Source of the DNA: Verrucomicrobiota bacterium
GTDB taxonomy: Bacteria > Verrucomicrobiota > Verrucomicrobiia > CAIQCK01
DNA: 64,000 nt
Direction of reading: 5' to 3'
Assembly (NCBI GenBank): GCA_016222825.1
Contig: JACRQF010000015.1
Span: 297,646-361,645, forward strand
Numbering within the stretch: the first letter of the stretch is position 1; each line of letters begins with the position of its first letter. The notes under the pieces are model-generated. The model saw only the letters and a program-made list of their open reading frames with translations, was not told the DNA's origin and searched no databases. Shown in pieces: positions 1-9,714 of this stretch. Position numbers and translations under genes: made by a program.

Positions 1-864
1 AAGGGCATCCTGCCCGTGCACATCTGCGGCTATCCGTCCGACATGGAGCGCATCATGGAGATTGCCCGCAAGCACAAGCTCTTCGTCGTGGAAGACGCAT
101 GCCAGGCACACATGTCTGAGATCAATGGCAAGAAGATGGGCACGTTCGGCACGACGGGTTGTTTCAGCTTCCAGACCTCGAAGGTCATGCCGATCGGCGA
201 GGGCGGCGCGATCCTGACCGACGACCCCGCGCTGAAGGACAAGCTCTATTCGTATCACAACTACGGATTCAAGACGAACATCGCACCCGGTTCGGTGGAC
301 AACATCGCCGCGTTCATCCTGGGGAACAAGATCCGCATGGCCGAGTATCAGGCGGCTATCGGGTTGTGCCAGTTGAAGAAGCTGGAGGAGCAGACCAAGA
401 TCCGCAACGAGAACGCCCGCTACCTGACGCCGAAGCTGGCGGCCATTCCCGGCATCACGCCCGTCAAACCGTATCCGAACGTGACACAGTTGTCCTACTA
501 CATGTATCCGTTCATCTACGACGAGGCGCAGTTCAAGGGGCTGCCCCGCGCCGCGTTTCTCAAGGCGCTGTCGGCGGAGGGAGTCCCGGCGGGCACTGGG
601 TATCCCAATTGTCCGATCTATACGCAGGAGTTCATCCACCAGATGTTCCAGACGGAGGTTTACAAGAAGTTCTACCCCAGCGCCGATCTGAACTTCGACG
701 CTTACAAGCAGAAGAACCACTGCCCGAACCTGATCAAGACCTTCCACACCTCCGTTTGGCTCAGCTCGCAAGGCATCCTGCTCGGCTCGAAGTCTGACAT
801 GGACGACATCGTCCGCGCGGTCGAGAAAGTCCAGAAGAACGCGGAGAAGTTGAAGAAGGCGTAG
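1..864 (+). CDS. DegT/DnrJ/EryC1/StrS-family PLP-dependent aminotransferase, C-terminal fragment (5' end lies outside window)
   Basis: Frame 1 is open from position 1 to the stop at 862-864; translation (…LPVHICGYPSDMERIMEIARKHKLFVVEDACQAHMSEINGKKMGTFGTTGCFSFQTSKVMPIGEGGAILTDD…) matches the conserved core of sugar aminotransferases (EDxAQA, SFxxxK lysine motif). Confidence 0.8.
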   Translation, partial: KGILPVHICGYPSDMERIMEIARKHKLFVVEDACQAHMSEINGKKMGTFGTTGCFSFQTSKVMPIGEGGAILTDDPALKDKLYSYHNYGFKTNIAPGSVDNIAAFILGNKIRMAEYQAAIGLCQLKKLEEQTKIRNENARYLTPKLAAIPGITPVKPYPNVTQLSYYMYPFIYDEAQFKGLPRAAFLKALSAEGVPAGTGYPNCPIYTQEFIHQMFQTEVYKKFYPSADLNFDAYKQKNHCPNLIKTFHTSVWLSSQGILLGSKSDMDDIVRAVEKVQKNAEKLKKA

Positions 865-898
865 CCTGCAACGTGTGGCACCAAGGGACACCTCGAAT

Positions 899-2341
899 AT
901 GAACATGAACCGCCGATGCTTCTTGAAAACCACAGCCGCCGCGGCAGCCGGCTCGCGCTTGTTCTGCGCGCCGAGCATTTTCGCGGCCGGTTCGCCGAGT
1001 TCGAAGCTCGCTACCGCTGTGATCGGTTGTGGCGAACGCGGCGTGACCTTTCACGTTCCGGCCGCGACGGAAGAGCGGCTCGTTGCCCTCGCGGACACCG
1101 ACGACAAGCAATTCGCGGTCGTGACGCGGCCTCCGAAGTCGAAGCGGCCTGCTGGCGATGAGAAGAGAGTGGCAGGCGTTGATTTCTCCAAGGTGAAGAA
1201 GTTCACCGATTACCGGAGGATGTTCGACCAGATCGGCAAGGAGATTGACGCCGTGTTCATCGCGACGCCGAACCATCATCACGCGCCGGCGGCGCTGATG
1301 GCGATGCAACTCGGCAAGCACGTCTATTGCGAGAAGCCGCTCTGTCATGACATCTTCACAGCGCGCCGCATGGCGGAGTTCGCTGCGAAACACAAGGTCG
1401 CCACGCAGATGGGCAACCAGGGCCATTCGTGCGAAGGCGCGCGCCGCCTTTGCGAATACATCGCCGCGGGCGCCATTGGCAAGGTTACGGCGGTCTATGC
1501 GTGGAGCAACCGTGCCAACGGCAGCGTCGGCCCGCGTCCGCCGCAGGAACCGGTGCCGGCGGGCTTGCATTGGGACGAGTGGATCGGCCCCGCGCCGTAT
1601 CGCGATTATCACAAGGACCTCCATCCGCACGAATGGCACAACTGGCACGACTTCGGCAACGGCTCGCTTGGCAACATGGGTTGCCACATTCTGGACGGCG
1701 CGTTCTGGGCGCTGAAACTCGGCCACCCGACATCCGTCGAGGTGGAAGAAATGCTCGGCGGCAGCAAGGAGTGTTATCCGCTTGGCACGCGCATCCGCTG
1801 GGAGTTCCCCGCCCGCGACGAAATGCCGCCGCTGAAGGTCTATTGGTTCGACGGCAAGAAACGGAACGCGAAAGGCAGCGCCGCCGCCGACAACGACACC
1901 CCGGACAGCATCGGCAGCAGCGTCCAGAATCTCCCGCCGCTGGTCGAGGAACTGGAGAAGAAACACAAGATCAAGCTCGGCGGCAACGGCGCGCTTTACG
2001 TCGGCGACAAGGGTGTTTTGTGGAGCGACACCACCTGCGCCAGCGTTCGCATTATTCCCGAGAAGCAGCACAGGGCTACGCGTGTTCCTCCAGCCCGGAT
2101 CCCGCGCATCAAGGGCAGCCACGTGAGCGACTTCTACCGCGCCTGTCGCAGCGGCAAGCCCGCTTGCTCGAACTTCGAGTATGCCGCGCGGTTGACCGAG
2201 ATGATCCTGCTTGGCTCGCTGGCCTGCATTGCCGGTCCCGGCCGGAAGATCGAGTGGGACGGGCCGGGAATGAAATGCACCAACCTCTCGGAACTGGACC
2301 GCTGGGTGAAATGTCCCGTCCGCAAAGGCTGGGAAGTCTAG
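899..2341 (+). CDS. Gfo/Idh/MocA-family oxidoreductase with twin-arginine (TAT) signal
   Basis: ORF 875..2341; first ATG at 899 gives MNMNRRCFLKTTAAAAAG (RR-x-FLK TAT motif); NAD-binding GCGERG motif and typical Gfo/Idh/MocA core. Confidence 0.85.
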   Translation: MNMNRRCFLKTTAAAAAGSRLFCAPSIFAAGSPSSKLATAVIGCGERGVTFHVPAATEERLVALADTDDKQFAVVTRPPKSKRPAGDEKRVAGVDFSKVKKFTDYRRMFDQIGKEIDAVFIATPNHHHAPAALMAMQLGKHVYCEKPLCHDIFTARRMAEFAAKHKVATQMGNQGHSCEGARRLCEYIAAGAIGKVTAVYAWSNRANGSVGPRPPQEPVPAGLHWDEWIGPAPYRDYHKDLHPHEWHNWHDFGNGSLGNMGCHILDGAFWALKLGHPTSVEVEEMLGGSKECYPLGTRIRWEFPARDEMPPLKVYWFDGKKRNAKGSAAADNDTPDSIGSSVQNLPPLVEELEKKHKIKLGGNGALYVGDKGVLWSDTTCASVRIIPEKQHRATRVPPARIPRIKGSHVSDFYRACRSGKPACSNFEYAARLTEMILLGSLACIAGPGRKIEWDGPGMKCTNLSELDRWVKCPVRKGWEV

Positions 2342-2496
2342 CCAGCCTGCTGAATGAGTGTGCAAGGGACGGAAACCTGAAATCGAAGAGAAGTGATCCA
2401 GCAACGACAACCTTCAATGTATTTAGATTACGCTTGCCTCGGCCCGCGCGCGTGTTAGCGTGCGCGCTGTCGACAGCGAACTCGAAAGAACAACCG

Positions 2497-3876
2497 ATGA
2501 CGCAACTCACCTCCATGAAAACCATCATCACCTCCCTCATCGCATTGACCGTCACAATTCCGCTCCTGTCCGGCGCGGAGGCCAAAGACCCGTTCCTGCC
2601 GGCGAAGAAGCTCACCGCGCAGATGTATGACTCGAACTTCCGCGAGGGCCACGACACCTACAACGGCATGGGCACTGGCAGCGATGGTTGCATCTACTAC
2701 GTGCTCAGCACCGAGCCGCACGACCTCGGCGGCCGGATGTTCAAGTTCGACCCGAAAACCGGGAAGGTCACCTGCTGTGGCGACCTCACGGAAATCTGCG
2801 GCGAGAAGGACAAGAAGACCGTCGTGCAGGGCAAGAGCCACGTGAACTACGTCGAGGCCAACGGCAAGCTCTACTTCGCTACCCACATCGGCTACTACAG
2901 CATCGTGGACGGCATGGAGACGATGGGCATCCCGCCCGCCGGCTGGAGCAAGTATCCTGGCGGCCACCTGCTCTCCTACGACCTCAAGACCGGCAAGTTC
3001 GAGGACCTCGCCATCGCGCCCGGCGGCGAAGGCGTGCTCACGATGAGCATGGACACCAAACGCGGCCGCATCTTCTGCATGACGTGGCCGAAGGGCGAGT
3101 TCTTCCGCTTCGACCTCGCGACGAAGAACCTGAAGAACTTCGGCAAGCAGTGCGCCGAGGGCGAGAACGCCAAGGGCGAGAAATACCGCACCATCTGCCG
3201 CTCCATCGCGGTGGACCCGGAGGACGGCTCGGCGTATTTCAGCACCTCCGAGGGCACGATTCTCCAATACCGCGCCGGCACCGACGACGTCGTGAAGATC
3301 GAGGACGAGGACTTGAAGAAGGATTACTTCGGCCTCTACGAAGTCTCCAATCCCGGCCACATGGGCTACAACTGGCGGATGACCTTCTACCGGCCCAAAG
3401 ACAAGATGTTCTACGGCGTCCACGGCAATTCCGGCTACCTCTTCCGCTTCGACCCGCGCAAAAAGCGCATCCAAGTGCTCGACCGCATCACCTCCGACCC
3501 CTCCAAGGCCAGCGGCATGTTCGACCAGTTCAGCTACGGCTACCTTGGCTTCGCGCTCGGTCCCGACGGCGACACCATCTATTATCTAACGGGTGGCCCG
3601 ATCTACAAAGACGGCAAGCGCCTCAAGGGCAAGGACCGCATCGCGATGGGCGCGGCCAAGGGTCTCGAAGACCTCCACCTTGTCACCTACCACATCCCGA
3701 CCGGCCGCTGCAAAGACCAGGGTGCGATTTACTACAAGAACGGCGATCGTCCGCTCTACGTCAACTCCATCGCTGTCGGCAAGGATGGGAGCGTTTATTC
3801 GCTCGCCCGCGTGCCCGACAAGAGCCGCGTCCGCGCCGACCTCTTTTGCGTGAAGGGGCCGTTCAACGTAAAGTAG
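2497..3876 (+). CDS. secreted hypothetical protein, probable beta-propeller fold
   Basis: Long ORF 1429..3876; the upstream part is an Arg/Gly/Pro-rich high-GC artefact. ATG at 2497 begins MTQLTSMKTIITSLIALTVTIPLLSGAEA (signal peptide), followed by repeated blade-like segments. Confidence 0.65.
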   Translation: MTQLTSMKTIITSLIALTVTIPLLSGAEAKDPFLPAKKLTAQMYDSNFREGHDTYNGMGTGSDGCIYYVLSTEPHDLGGRMFKFDPKTGKVTCCGDLTEICGEKDKKTVVQGKSHVNYVEANGKLYFATHIGYYSIVDGMETMGIPPAGWSKYPGGHLLSYDLKTGKFEDLAIAPGGEGVLTMSMDTKRGRIFCMTWPKGEFFRFDLATKNLKNFGKQCAEGENAKGEKYRTICRSIAVDPEDGSAYFSTSEGTILQYRAGTDDVVKIEDEDLKKDYFGLYEVSNPGHMGYNWRMTFYRPKDKMFYGVHGNSGYLFRFDPRKKRIQVLDRITSDPSKASGMFDQFSYGYLGFALGPDGDTIYYLTGGPIYKDGKRLKGKDRIAMGAAKGLEDLHLVTYHIPTGRCKDQGAIYYKNGDRPLYVNSIAVGKDGSVYSLARVPDKSRVRADLFCVKGPFNVK

Positions 3877-3966
3877 TCATCACGTTCCGCGTGATGATTA
3901 TTGACCGGCTCTTCGGTGTTGTTTCCGCCGGCTCTCGCGCCTAGTATGCGCGACATCCGAGAAGCG

Positions 3967-4031
3967 TAGCCGCGTCACTCCGTGACGTGGTTGTGGATGG
4001 ACGACTCTCGCGTCGCGGAGTGACGCGGCTA
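3967..4031. other. long hairpin: perfect 16-bp inverted repeat (TAGCCGCGTCACTCCG / CGGAGTGACGCGGCTA) with ~33-nt spacer
   Basis: Read directly in the sequence between the stop of the 2497..3876 gene and the start of the 4052..5434 gene; no U-tract follows. Confidence 0.5.
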
Positions 4032-4051
4032 CTAAGAAAAACGGACGACTT

Positions 4052-5434
4052 ATGAAACGTTGCCTGCCGATCCTCCTGCTCGCTTGTTCCGCCGCCGTCG
4101 CCGCCGATTTCCAGGCCGGCGTCGCCAAGGTCAAGATCACGCCGCCGACGCCGTTCTGGATGTCGGGCTACTCCTCGCGCACGAACCAATCCGTCGGCGT
4201 CGTGCAAGACCTGTGGGCGAAGGCGCTGGCCGTGCGCGACCCGCAAGGCCACCGCGCTGTCATCGTCACGATGGACCTGATCGGCCTGCACAGTTCCGTC
4301 TCCGACGAGGTCTTCGCGCGGGCAAAAAAGCAGTTCAAGCTCAACCGCGCCGACGTGCTGCTGTGCTGTTCGCACACACACAGCGGGCCGGTCGTCGGGC
4401 TGAACCTGAACGTGATGTTCGACTTCAGTGCCGAGGACATGAAGCGGGTGCAGGCTTATACCGCTGATCTTGTGGACAAGCTGGTGAACGTCATCGGCGA
4501 TTCGCTGAAGGACCTGTCGCCCGCGCAACTCGCCAGCGGCCACGGCTCGGCTGGCTTCACCTCAAACCGCCGCAAGGTGCAACCCAAAGGCGTGACGATG
4601 GAGCCGAACGCCACCGGCCCGGTGGACCAGGACGTGCCGGTGCTCAAAGTGACCTCGCCGGACGGTAAGCTGCGTGCCATCTTCTTCGGCTACGCGTGCC
4701 ACAACACCACCATCAGCCCCCGCCCCGATCCCGAACTGGACTTCTACAAGATCTACGGCGACTACGCCGGCTTCGCGCAGTTGGCGGTCCAGAAGGCGCA
4801 TCCGGGTGCGGAGGCGATGTTCACGATCCTCTGCGGCGCCGACCAGAACCCGCAGCCTCGCGGCGCGCTCGATTACGCCCGGCAGCACGGCGAGGAACTC
4901 GCGGCGTCCGTGGAGAAGGTGCTGGGCGCCGAGATGAAGCCGCTCCGCGCGCCAATCCGCACGGCGTTCCAGGAGATCAAACTGGATTTCGCCAAGCACA
5001 CGCGCCAGACATTCGAGGACGAGATCAAGAAAGCCGAGGAGGCGAAGCGGCCCGATGGCAAGTTTCGCATCCGGCGCGCGAAGCAGATGCTGGCCGCCTA
5101 CGACAAAGGCCGCCCCATCCGCCAGACGCGCTACCCGGTGCAGGCGATCCGTTTCGGGAATGACTTCACCCTCATCGCGCTTGGCGGCGAAGTGGTGGTG
5201 GACTTCGCGTTGCGCAGCAAGCGCGAGTTTCCCAACGAGAACCTGATGGTGATCGGCTACGCCAACGACGTGATGTGCTACATCCCCTCGCTCCGCGTCC
5301 TGAAGGAAGGCGGCTACGAAGTGGACACAAGCATGGTCTATTACGGCCAGCCCGGGCTGTTCGCGGAGGACGTGGAGGAGAAGGTCTTTGAGGCCATCCA
5401 CCAAGTCATGGCGAAGGCCGGCGCAGGCAAGTAA
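4052..5434 (+). CDS. secreted hydrolase, neutral/alkaline ceramidase-like family (tentative)
   Basis: ORF with signal peptide MKRCLPILLLACSAAVAADF; motifs ITPPTPFWMSGY and CCSHTHSGP resemble the N-terminal domain of non-lysosomal ceramidases; family call from motif memory only. Confidence 0.65.
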   Translation: MKRCLPILLLACSAAVAADFQAGVAKVKITPPTPFWMSGYSSRTNQSVGVVQDLWAKALAVRDPQGHRAVIVTMDLIGLHSSVSDEVFARAKKQFKLNRADVLLCCSHTHSGPVVGLNLNVMFDFSAEDMKRVQAYTADLVDKLVNVIGDSLKDLSPAQLASGHGSAGFTSNRRKVQPKGVTMEPNATGPVDQDVPVLKVTSPDGKLRAIFFGYACHNTTISPRPDPELDFYKIYGDYAGFAQLAVQKAHPGAEAMFTILCGADQNPQPRGALDYARQHGEELAASVEKVLGAEMKPLRAPIRTAFQEIKLDFAKHTRQTFEDEIKKAEEAKRPDGKFRIRRAKQMLAAYDKGRPIRQTRYPVQAIRFGNDFTLIALGGEVVVDFALRSKREFPNENLMVIGYANDVMCYIPSLRVLKEGGYEVDTSMVYYGQPGLFAEDVEEKVFEAIHQVMAKAGAGK

Positions 5435-5452
5435 ACGCGCAAGCGTTTCGGC

Positions 5453-6724
5453 TCAGGCTTTCCGGATTGTGCGCGTCTTGGGGTCGTAGGTCGTGCGCCG
5501 GCCGAACTTGTAGGATTCCACCGCCATCAGACACGTGACGGAGTGCAGATAGCCCGCCTCGATCGGCGCGCGCGTCGGTTTGCCGGTGCGCATGCATTGC
5601 AGCCAGTCGAGGAAGTGGTCGGGCGTCTCGATCGGCTTCACGTCGTTGACGCCGCGGATGCCGCCGTCGCGCTTCGGCCCGCCCTCAGCGCTGTAGGTCG
5701 GCGCGCCCCAGTTGTCCATGATGAGCTGACCCTTCTCGCAGAAGTAACGGTGACGGTTGCCGCCGCCGTTGCCGAAGTTGCTTGAGTAGGCGACCATGAA
5801 GCCCTCCGGATAAACCCAGAGCGCCTCGACGTGGTCGGGGCAGGTGAACTTGTTCTCGTCCTTCCACGTGAAGACACCGCCGTTGCAGACGCAGCTCTTC
5901 GGGAACTGGACGCCGGTGATGTAGTTGTAGAGGTCAATGAAGTGGCAGCCGAGGTTCGCGACGGGGCCGTCGGTGTAGTCGAGGTAGCCATACCAGCCGG
6001 TATAGACCTCGGCGTCGAACGGCCGCTTCGGGGCGTTCATCAGGAACTCGCCCCAGTCCACGTCCTCTTTCCTTACCTGCGCGGACTTCGGGAGACTGGC
6101 TTTGACGTAGCCATACCAATACGGTTTCTCGCCGTTGCGGCATTGCTCGATGCGCGACACTTTGCCGAGAATGCCGGACTTCCACAACTCGCGGCAACCG
6201 GTGCTGGTGGGCAGGCTGCGGGTCTGCGTGCCGACTTGCACGACGATGCCCGCTGCTTTCACCGCGTCCACGGCGCGGCAAAGCTCTTCCATGCTCCGCG
6301 CCATCGGCTTTTCGACGTAGCAGTGTTTCCTGGCCTTGGCGGTGGCTTCGAGCTGGATCGCGTGATGATGGTCGGGCGAGGCGATCATGACGGCGTCAAT
6401 GTCCTCGCGCGCCAGCACGTCGCGGTAGCTGACAATCTGCTTCACGTCGGTGCCATACCACTTCTTGCACATCTCGGCGGCTTCCTCGCGCGCGAGCCGC
6501 CACGGGTCGGAGACGGCCACGAACTCGACGTTCTGCGCCTTGTCGTGCTTGTGAACGCCCTCCATGTGCGCTTTCCGGCCGCGACCGCCGCAACCGATCT
6601 GCGCGATGCGGATGCGGTCGTTCGCGCCCATGACGCGCGCGTAACTCTGCGCGGTCATGGAGGTGGCCGTCGTGGCGACGGCGGTGGTCTTGATGAAGTT
6701 TCTGCGGTTGACGTTCGTGTTCAT
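5453..6724 (-). CDS. Gfo/Idh/MocA-family oxidoreductase with TAT signal (paralog 1 of tandem pair)
   Basis: ORF 5453..6724; N-terminus MNTNVNRRNFIKTTAVATTA (TAT motif), GCGGRG dinucleotide-binding motif. Confidence 0.85.
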   Translation of the reverse strand: MNTNVNRRNFIKTTAVATTATSMTAQSYARVMGANDRIRIAQIGCGGRGRKAHMEGVHKHDKAQNVEFVAVSDPWRLAREEAAEMCKKWYGTDVKQIVSYRDVLAREDIDAVMIASPDHHHAIQLEATAKARKHCYVEKPMARSMEELCRAVDAVKAAGIVVQVGTQTRSLPTSTGCRELWKSGILGKVSRIEQCRNGEKPYWYGYVKASLPKSAQVRKEDVDWGEFLMNAPKRPFDAEVYTGWYGYLDYTDGPVANLGCHFIDLYNYITGVQFPKSCVCNGGVFTWKDENKFTCPDHVEALWVYPEGFMVAYSSNFGNGGGNRHRYFCEKGQLIMDNWGAPTYSAEGGPKRDGGIRGVNDVKPIETPDHFLDWLQCMRTGKPTRAPIEAGYLHSVTCLMAVESYKFGRRTTYDPKTRTIRKA

Positions 6725-6741
6725 GGTTGGTTGCTCCTTGT

Positions 6742-7995
6742 TCAGGCTTTCAGGATGGCGCGCTTGGCGTGGTCATAGGTCGTGCGGCGGCCAAACTTGA
6801 ACGATTCCACCGCCATCAGGCACACGACGGAATGCACATAGCCCGCCTCGATGGGCGCGCGCGTGGTCTTGCCGGAGCGCATACATTGCAGCCAATCGAG
6901 GAAGTGGTCGGGTGTCTCGATCGGCTTGACCGGCGTGATGCCGCGGATGCCGCCATCGCGTTTCGGGCCGCCCTCGGCGCTGTAGGTCGGGGCGCTCCAG
7001 TTGTCCATGATGAGCTGGCCCTTCTCGCAGAAGAATCGGTGGCGGCTGCCGCCGGAGTTCCCGAAGTTGCTCGAGTAGGCGACCATGAAGCCCTCCGGGT
7101 AAACCCAGAGCGCCTCGACGTGGTCGGGGCAGGTGAACTTGTGCTCGTCCTTCCACGTGAACACGCCGCCGTTGCAGACGCAGCTCGTCGGGAACGTCGC
7201 GCCGGTGATGTAGCTGTAGAGGTCAATGAAATGGCAGCCGAGGTTTGCGATCGGGCCGTCGGTGTAATCGAGATAGCCATACCAGCCGGAGATGAGGCTG
7301 GCGTCGAACGGCCGCTTCGGCGCGTTACCGAGGAATTCCGCCCAGTCCACGTCCTCCTTCTTGATGTCCTTGACGTAATGATACCAGTAGGGACGTTCGC
7401 CGTTGCGGCATTGTTCGATGCGCGACACCTTGCCGAGGATGCCCGACTTCCACAGTTCATTGCAGCCGGTACTGGTGGGCAGGCTGCGGATTTGAGTGCC
7501 GACCTGCACGACGATGCCCGCCGCTTTCACCGCGTCCACGGCGCTGCAAAGCTCCTTCATGTTGCGCGCCATCGGTTTCTCGACGTAGGCGTGCTTCTTC
7601 ACCTTCGCAGCGGCTTCCAGGTGCATGGAGTGATGATGGTCCGGCGAGGCGATGAGCACGGCGTCCACGTCCTTGCACGCCAGCACGTCGCGGTAGCTGG
7701 AGAACTGCTTCACGTTGGTGCCATACCATTCCTTGCATTGCGCCGCAGCCTGCTCGCGCGCGATGCGCCACGGGTCGCTCACCGCGACGTATTCGACGTT
7801 CTCGGCCTTGTCGTGTTTGTGGATGCCCATCTCCATGTGCGCCTTCCGGCCGCGCCCACCGCAACCGATCTGGCCGAGGCGGATGCGCTCGTTGGCGCCC
7901 ATAATACGGGCGTAGCTGCGCGCCGTCATGGCGGTGGCGGCGGTGCTGACGGCGGCGGTCTTGATGAAATCCCTGCGGTTGCAAACGGTGCTCAT
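6742..7995 (-). CDS. Gfo/Idh/MocA-family oxidoreductase with TAT signal (paralog 2 of tandem pair)
   Basis: ORF 6742..8352; upstream part is implausible (Pro/Ser/Thr-rich). Internal ATG at 7995 gives MSTVCNRRDFIKTAAVSTAA; by eye roughly 80% identical to the 5453..6724 protein. Confidence 0.85.
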   Translation of the reverse strand: MSTVCNRRDFIKTAAVSTAATAMTARSYARIMGANERIRLGQIGCGGRGRKAHMEMGIHKHDKAENVEYVAVSDPWRIAREQAAAQCKEWYGTNVKQFSSYRDVLACKDVDAVLIASPDHHHSMHLEAAAKVKKHAYVEKPMARNMKELCSAVDAVKAAGIVVQVGTQIRSLPTSTGCNELWKSGILGKVSRIEQCRNGERPYWYHYVKDIKKEDVDWAEFLGNAPKRPFDASLISGWYGYLDYTDGPIANLGCHFIDLYSYITGATFPTSCVCNGGVFTWKDEHKFTCPDHVEALWVYPEGFMVAYSSNFGNSGGSRHRFFCEKGQLIMDNWSAPTYSAEGGPKRDGGIRGITPVKPIETPDHFLDWLQCMRSGKTTRAPIEAGYVHSVVCLMAVESFKFGRRTTYDHAKRAILKA

Positions 7996-8152
7996 GGTGA
8001 GGTGGCTCCTGGTTGGCTGTTGAATAGGTGCTTCACAGTTCTGCCGATGGTTCGACTTTCGCGCGCATCCTACGCCCCGGCCTGTGAGTGCCGCTACATG
8101 GAAGCCGACGGTTGCTGGTATTTTTCCGACGCGCCTTCGCGACCCTTGTCGT

Positions 8153-9640
8153 TCAGCGTTTGGACTTCCCCTTCTTCGGTTGCTGCGGAGGCTTGGGCAC
8201 GACGGCGTCCATCTGCTTGCGCCACTCCAGCACGCGGGCGAACTCGGAGGCGTCGGCGGTGGAGGCGTTGTAGCGGGAGACATCCATGTCCTCGTAGAGC
8301 GCGCGATGGAGCGCGGCGTCGAACTTCGGATTCGGCGTGTTGGTCTGCACACCGGTCGCGTCGCGCCAAGCGGCCAGCTTGGCGCGGAGTTGCTTGACGC
8401 GCTCCGGCTGGCTTGCGGCGAGGTTGTTCAACTCGCTGGCGTCCCGAGCGAGGTTGAACAGCTCGATGCGGCCCTCGTAATACTCGATGAGCTTCCAGTC
8501 GCCGTCGCGCACAGCGCCGTCGGGCTGGCCGCCCTGGTTGTTGTAGTGCGGGAAGTGCCAGAACAGCGCCCGCCTCGGCGCGTCGCCGCCGGCCAGCAAC
8601 GGCGCGAGGCTCACGCCGTCGAGACCCGACGGCACGGGCAGGCCGCACATTTCCAGCAGCGTCGGCGCCCAGTCACTGTTTACCACGGGCGAGGTCACGA
8701 CGCGTCCCGCCGGCACGCGGCCGGGCCAGCGGACGATGAGCGGGATGCGCAGGCCGCCTTCGTGGAGGAAGCCCTTGCCGGCGCGATACGGCGTGTTGTG
8801 CGTGATCTTCTCGTGCTTCAGTTCGGGCACATGGAGGCCGCCGTTGTCGGAGGTGAAGATGACGAGGGTGTTCCCGGCGATGCCGAGCGCGTCGAGCGTG
8901 GCGAGCACCAAGCCGACGACGTCGTCCATCGTCTCGATGACGGCGGCATAGACCGGCTCGAACGCCTTGCGGTTCTTCGCGACGAGCGGCTCCTTGGCGG
9001 CGTAGGGAATGTGCGGGGTGTTGTGACCGAGGTAGAGGAAAAACGGCCGGCTGCGGTTCTCCTCGATGAACTTCAGCGCCTGCGCGGTGAGGTCGTATTC
9101 GCCTTTGCCGCCCTCGGTTTCGGACGGCGTGGTGTTGGGCCGGCCGGCATAAACCACGTCGAAGCCCTGCTCCGCCGGTCCGAAGCCTTTGCCGCCGAGA
9201 TGCCATTTGCCGATGCACGCGCTGACGTAGCCGGCGGGCTTCAGGTATTCCGCGAGCGTCTTCTCTTCCAGCGGCAACTGCTGGCGGATGACCGGGTGAA
9301 GCAGCTTTTGCGACGGACAATCCGGCCGGCCCGGCAGGTAGGTCGTCAGGTGCAGCCGCGCGGGATTTTTGCCCGTCATGATCGCCGCGCGCGACGGCGA
9401 GCAGATCGGCTGCGCGCAATAGGCCGACGTGAAGCGCATGCCCGCTGCCGCCATCGCGTCGAGGTGTGGCGTGTGGTGCTCGCGGCGCCCGTAGCAGCCA
9501 AGGTCGTTGATGCCGAGATCGTCGGCGAGAATGAAGACGATGTTCGGTTTTGGCGGAGACGATTCAGCGGCCAGACAGACGTTGGATGACACGAGTGCGG
9601 CAATAAGCCACATCCAGCCGGCGAGACGTTTGGCTCTCAT
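8153..9640 (-). CDS. sulfatase (arylsulfatase family)
   Basis: ORF 8153..9787; start placed at the ATG ending at 9640 (MRAKRLAGWMWLIAALVSSNVCLAAE signal peptide); formylglycine motif C-S-P-S-R (…YCAQPICSPSRAAIMTG…), plus LADDLG and GKWHLG sulfatase motifs. Confidence 0.9.
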   Translation of the reverse strand: MRAKRLAGWMWLIAALVSSNVCLAAESSPPKPNIVFILADDLGINDLGCYGRREHHTPHLDAMAAAGMRFTSAYCAQPICSPSRAAIMTGKNPARLHLTTYLPGRPDCPSQKLLHPVIRQQLPLEEKTLAEYLKPAGYVSACIGKWHLGGKGFGPAEQGFDVVYAGRPNTTPSETEGGKGEYDLTAQALKFIEENRSRPFFLYLGHNTPHIPYAAKEPLVAKNRKAFEPVYAAVIETMDDVVGLVLATLDALGIAGNTLVIFTSDNGGLHVPELKHEKITHNTPYRAGKGFLHEGGLRIPLIVRWPGRVPAGRVVTSPVVNSDWAPTLLEMCGLPVPSGLDGVSLAPLLAGGDAPRRALFWHFPHYNNQGGQPDGAVRDGDWKLIEYYEGRIELFNLARDASELNNLAASQPERVKQLRAKLAAWRDATGVQTNTPNPKFDAALHRALYEDMDVSRYNASTADASEFARVLEWRKQMDAVVPKPPQQPKKGKSKR

Positions 9641-9714
9641 GGCGCCGAGGGTATCGGATTGCCATGTCCCGCGCCACAGATTCTTAGTTTGGTCTGGCGA
9701 GAACCCGCCGGGCG

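Noticed and set aside
761-2410. 549-aa ORF on the minus strand
   Set aside because: Antisense to the well-supported Gfo/Idh/MocA gene (899..2341); Arg/Ala/Gly/Pro-rich composition typical of high-GC antisense frames.
1429-2496. N-terminal 356 codons of the 815-aa ORF 1429..3876
   Set aside because: Arg/Gln/Pro-rich low-complexity translation overlapping the upstream oxidoreductase gene in another frame; the real protein starts at ATG 2497 with a signal peptide.
6727-8397. 556-aa plus-strand ORF
   Set aside because: Antisense to the two tandem Gfo/Idh/MocA genes; implausible Ala/Arg/Gly/Asp-rich composition.
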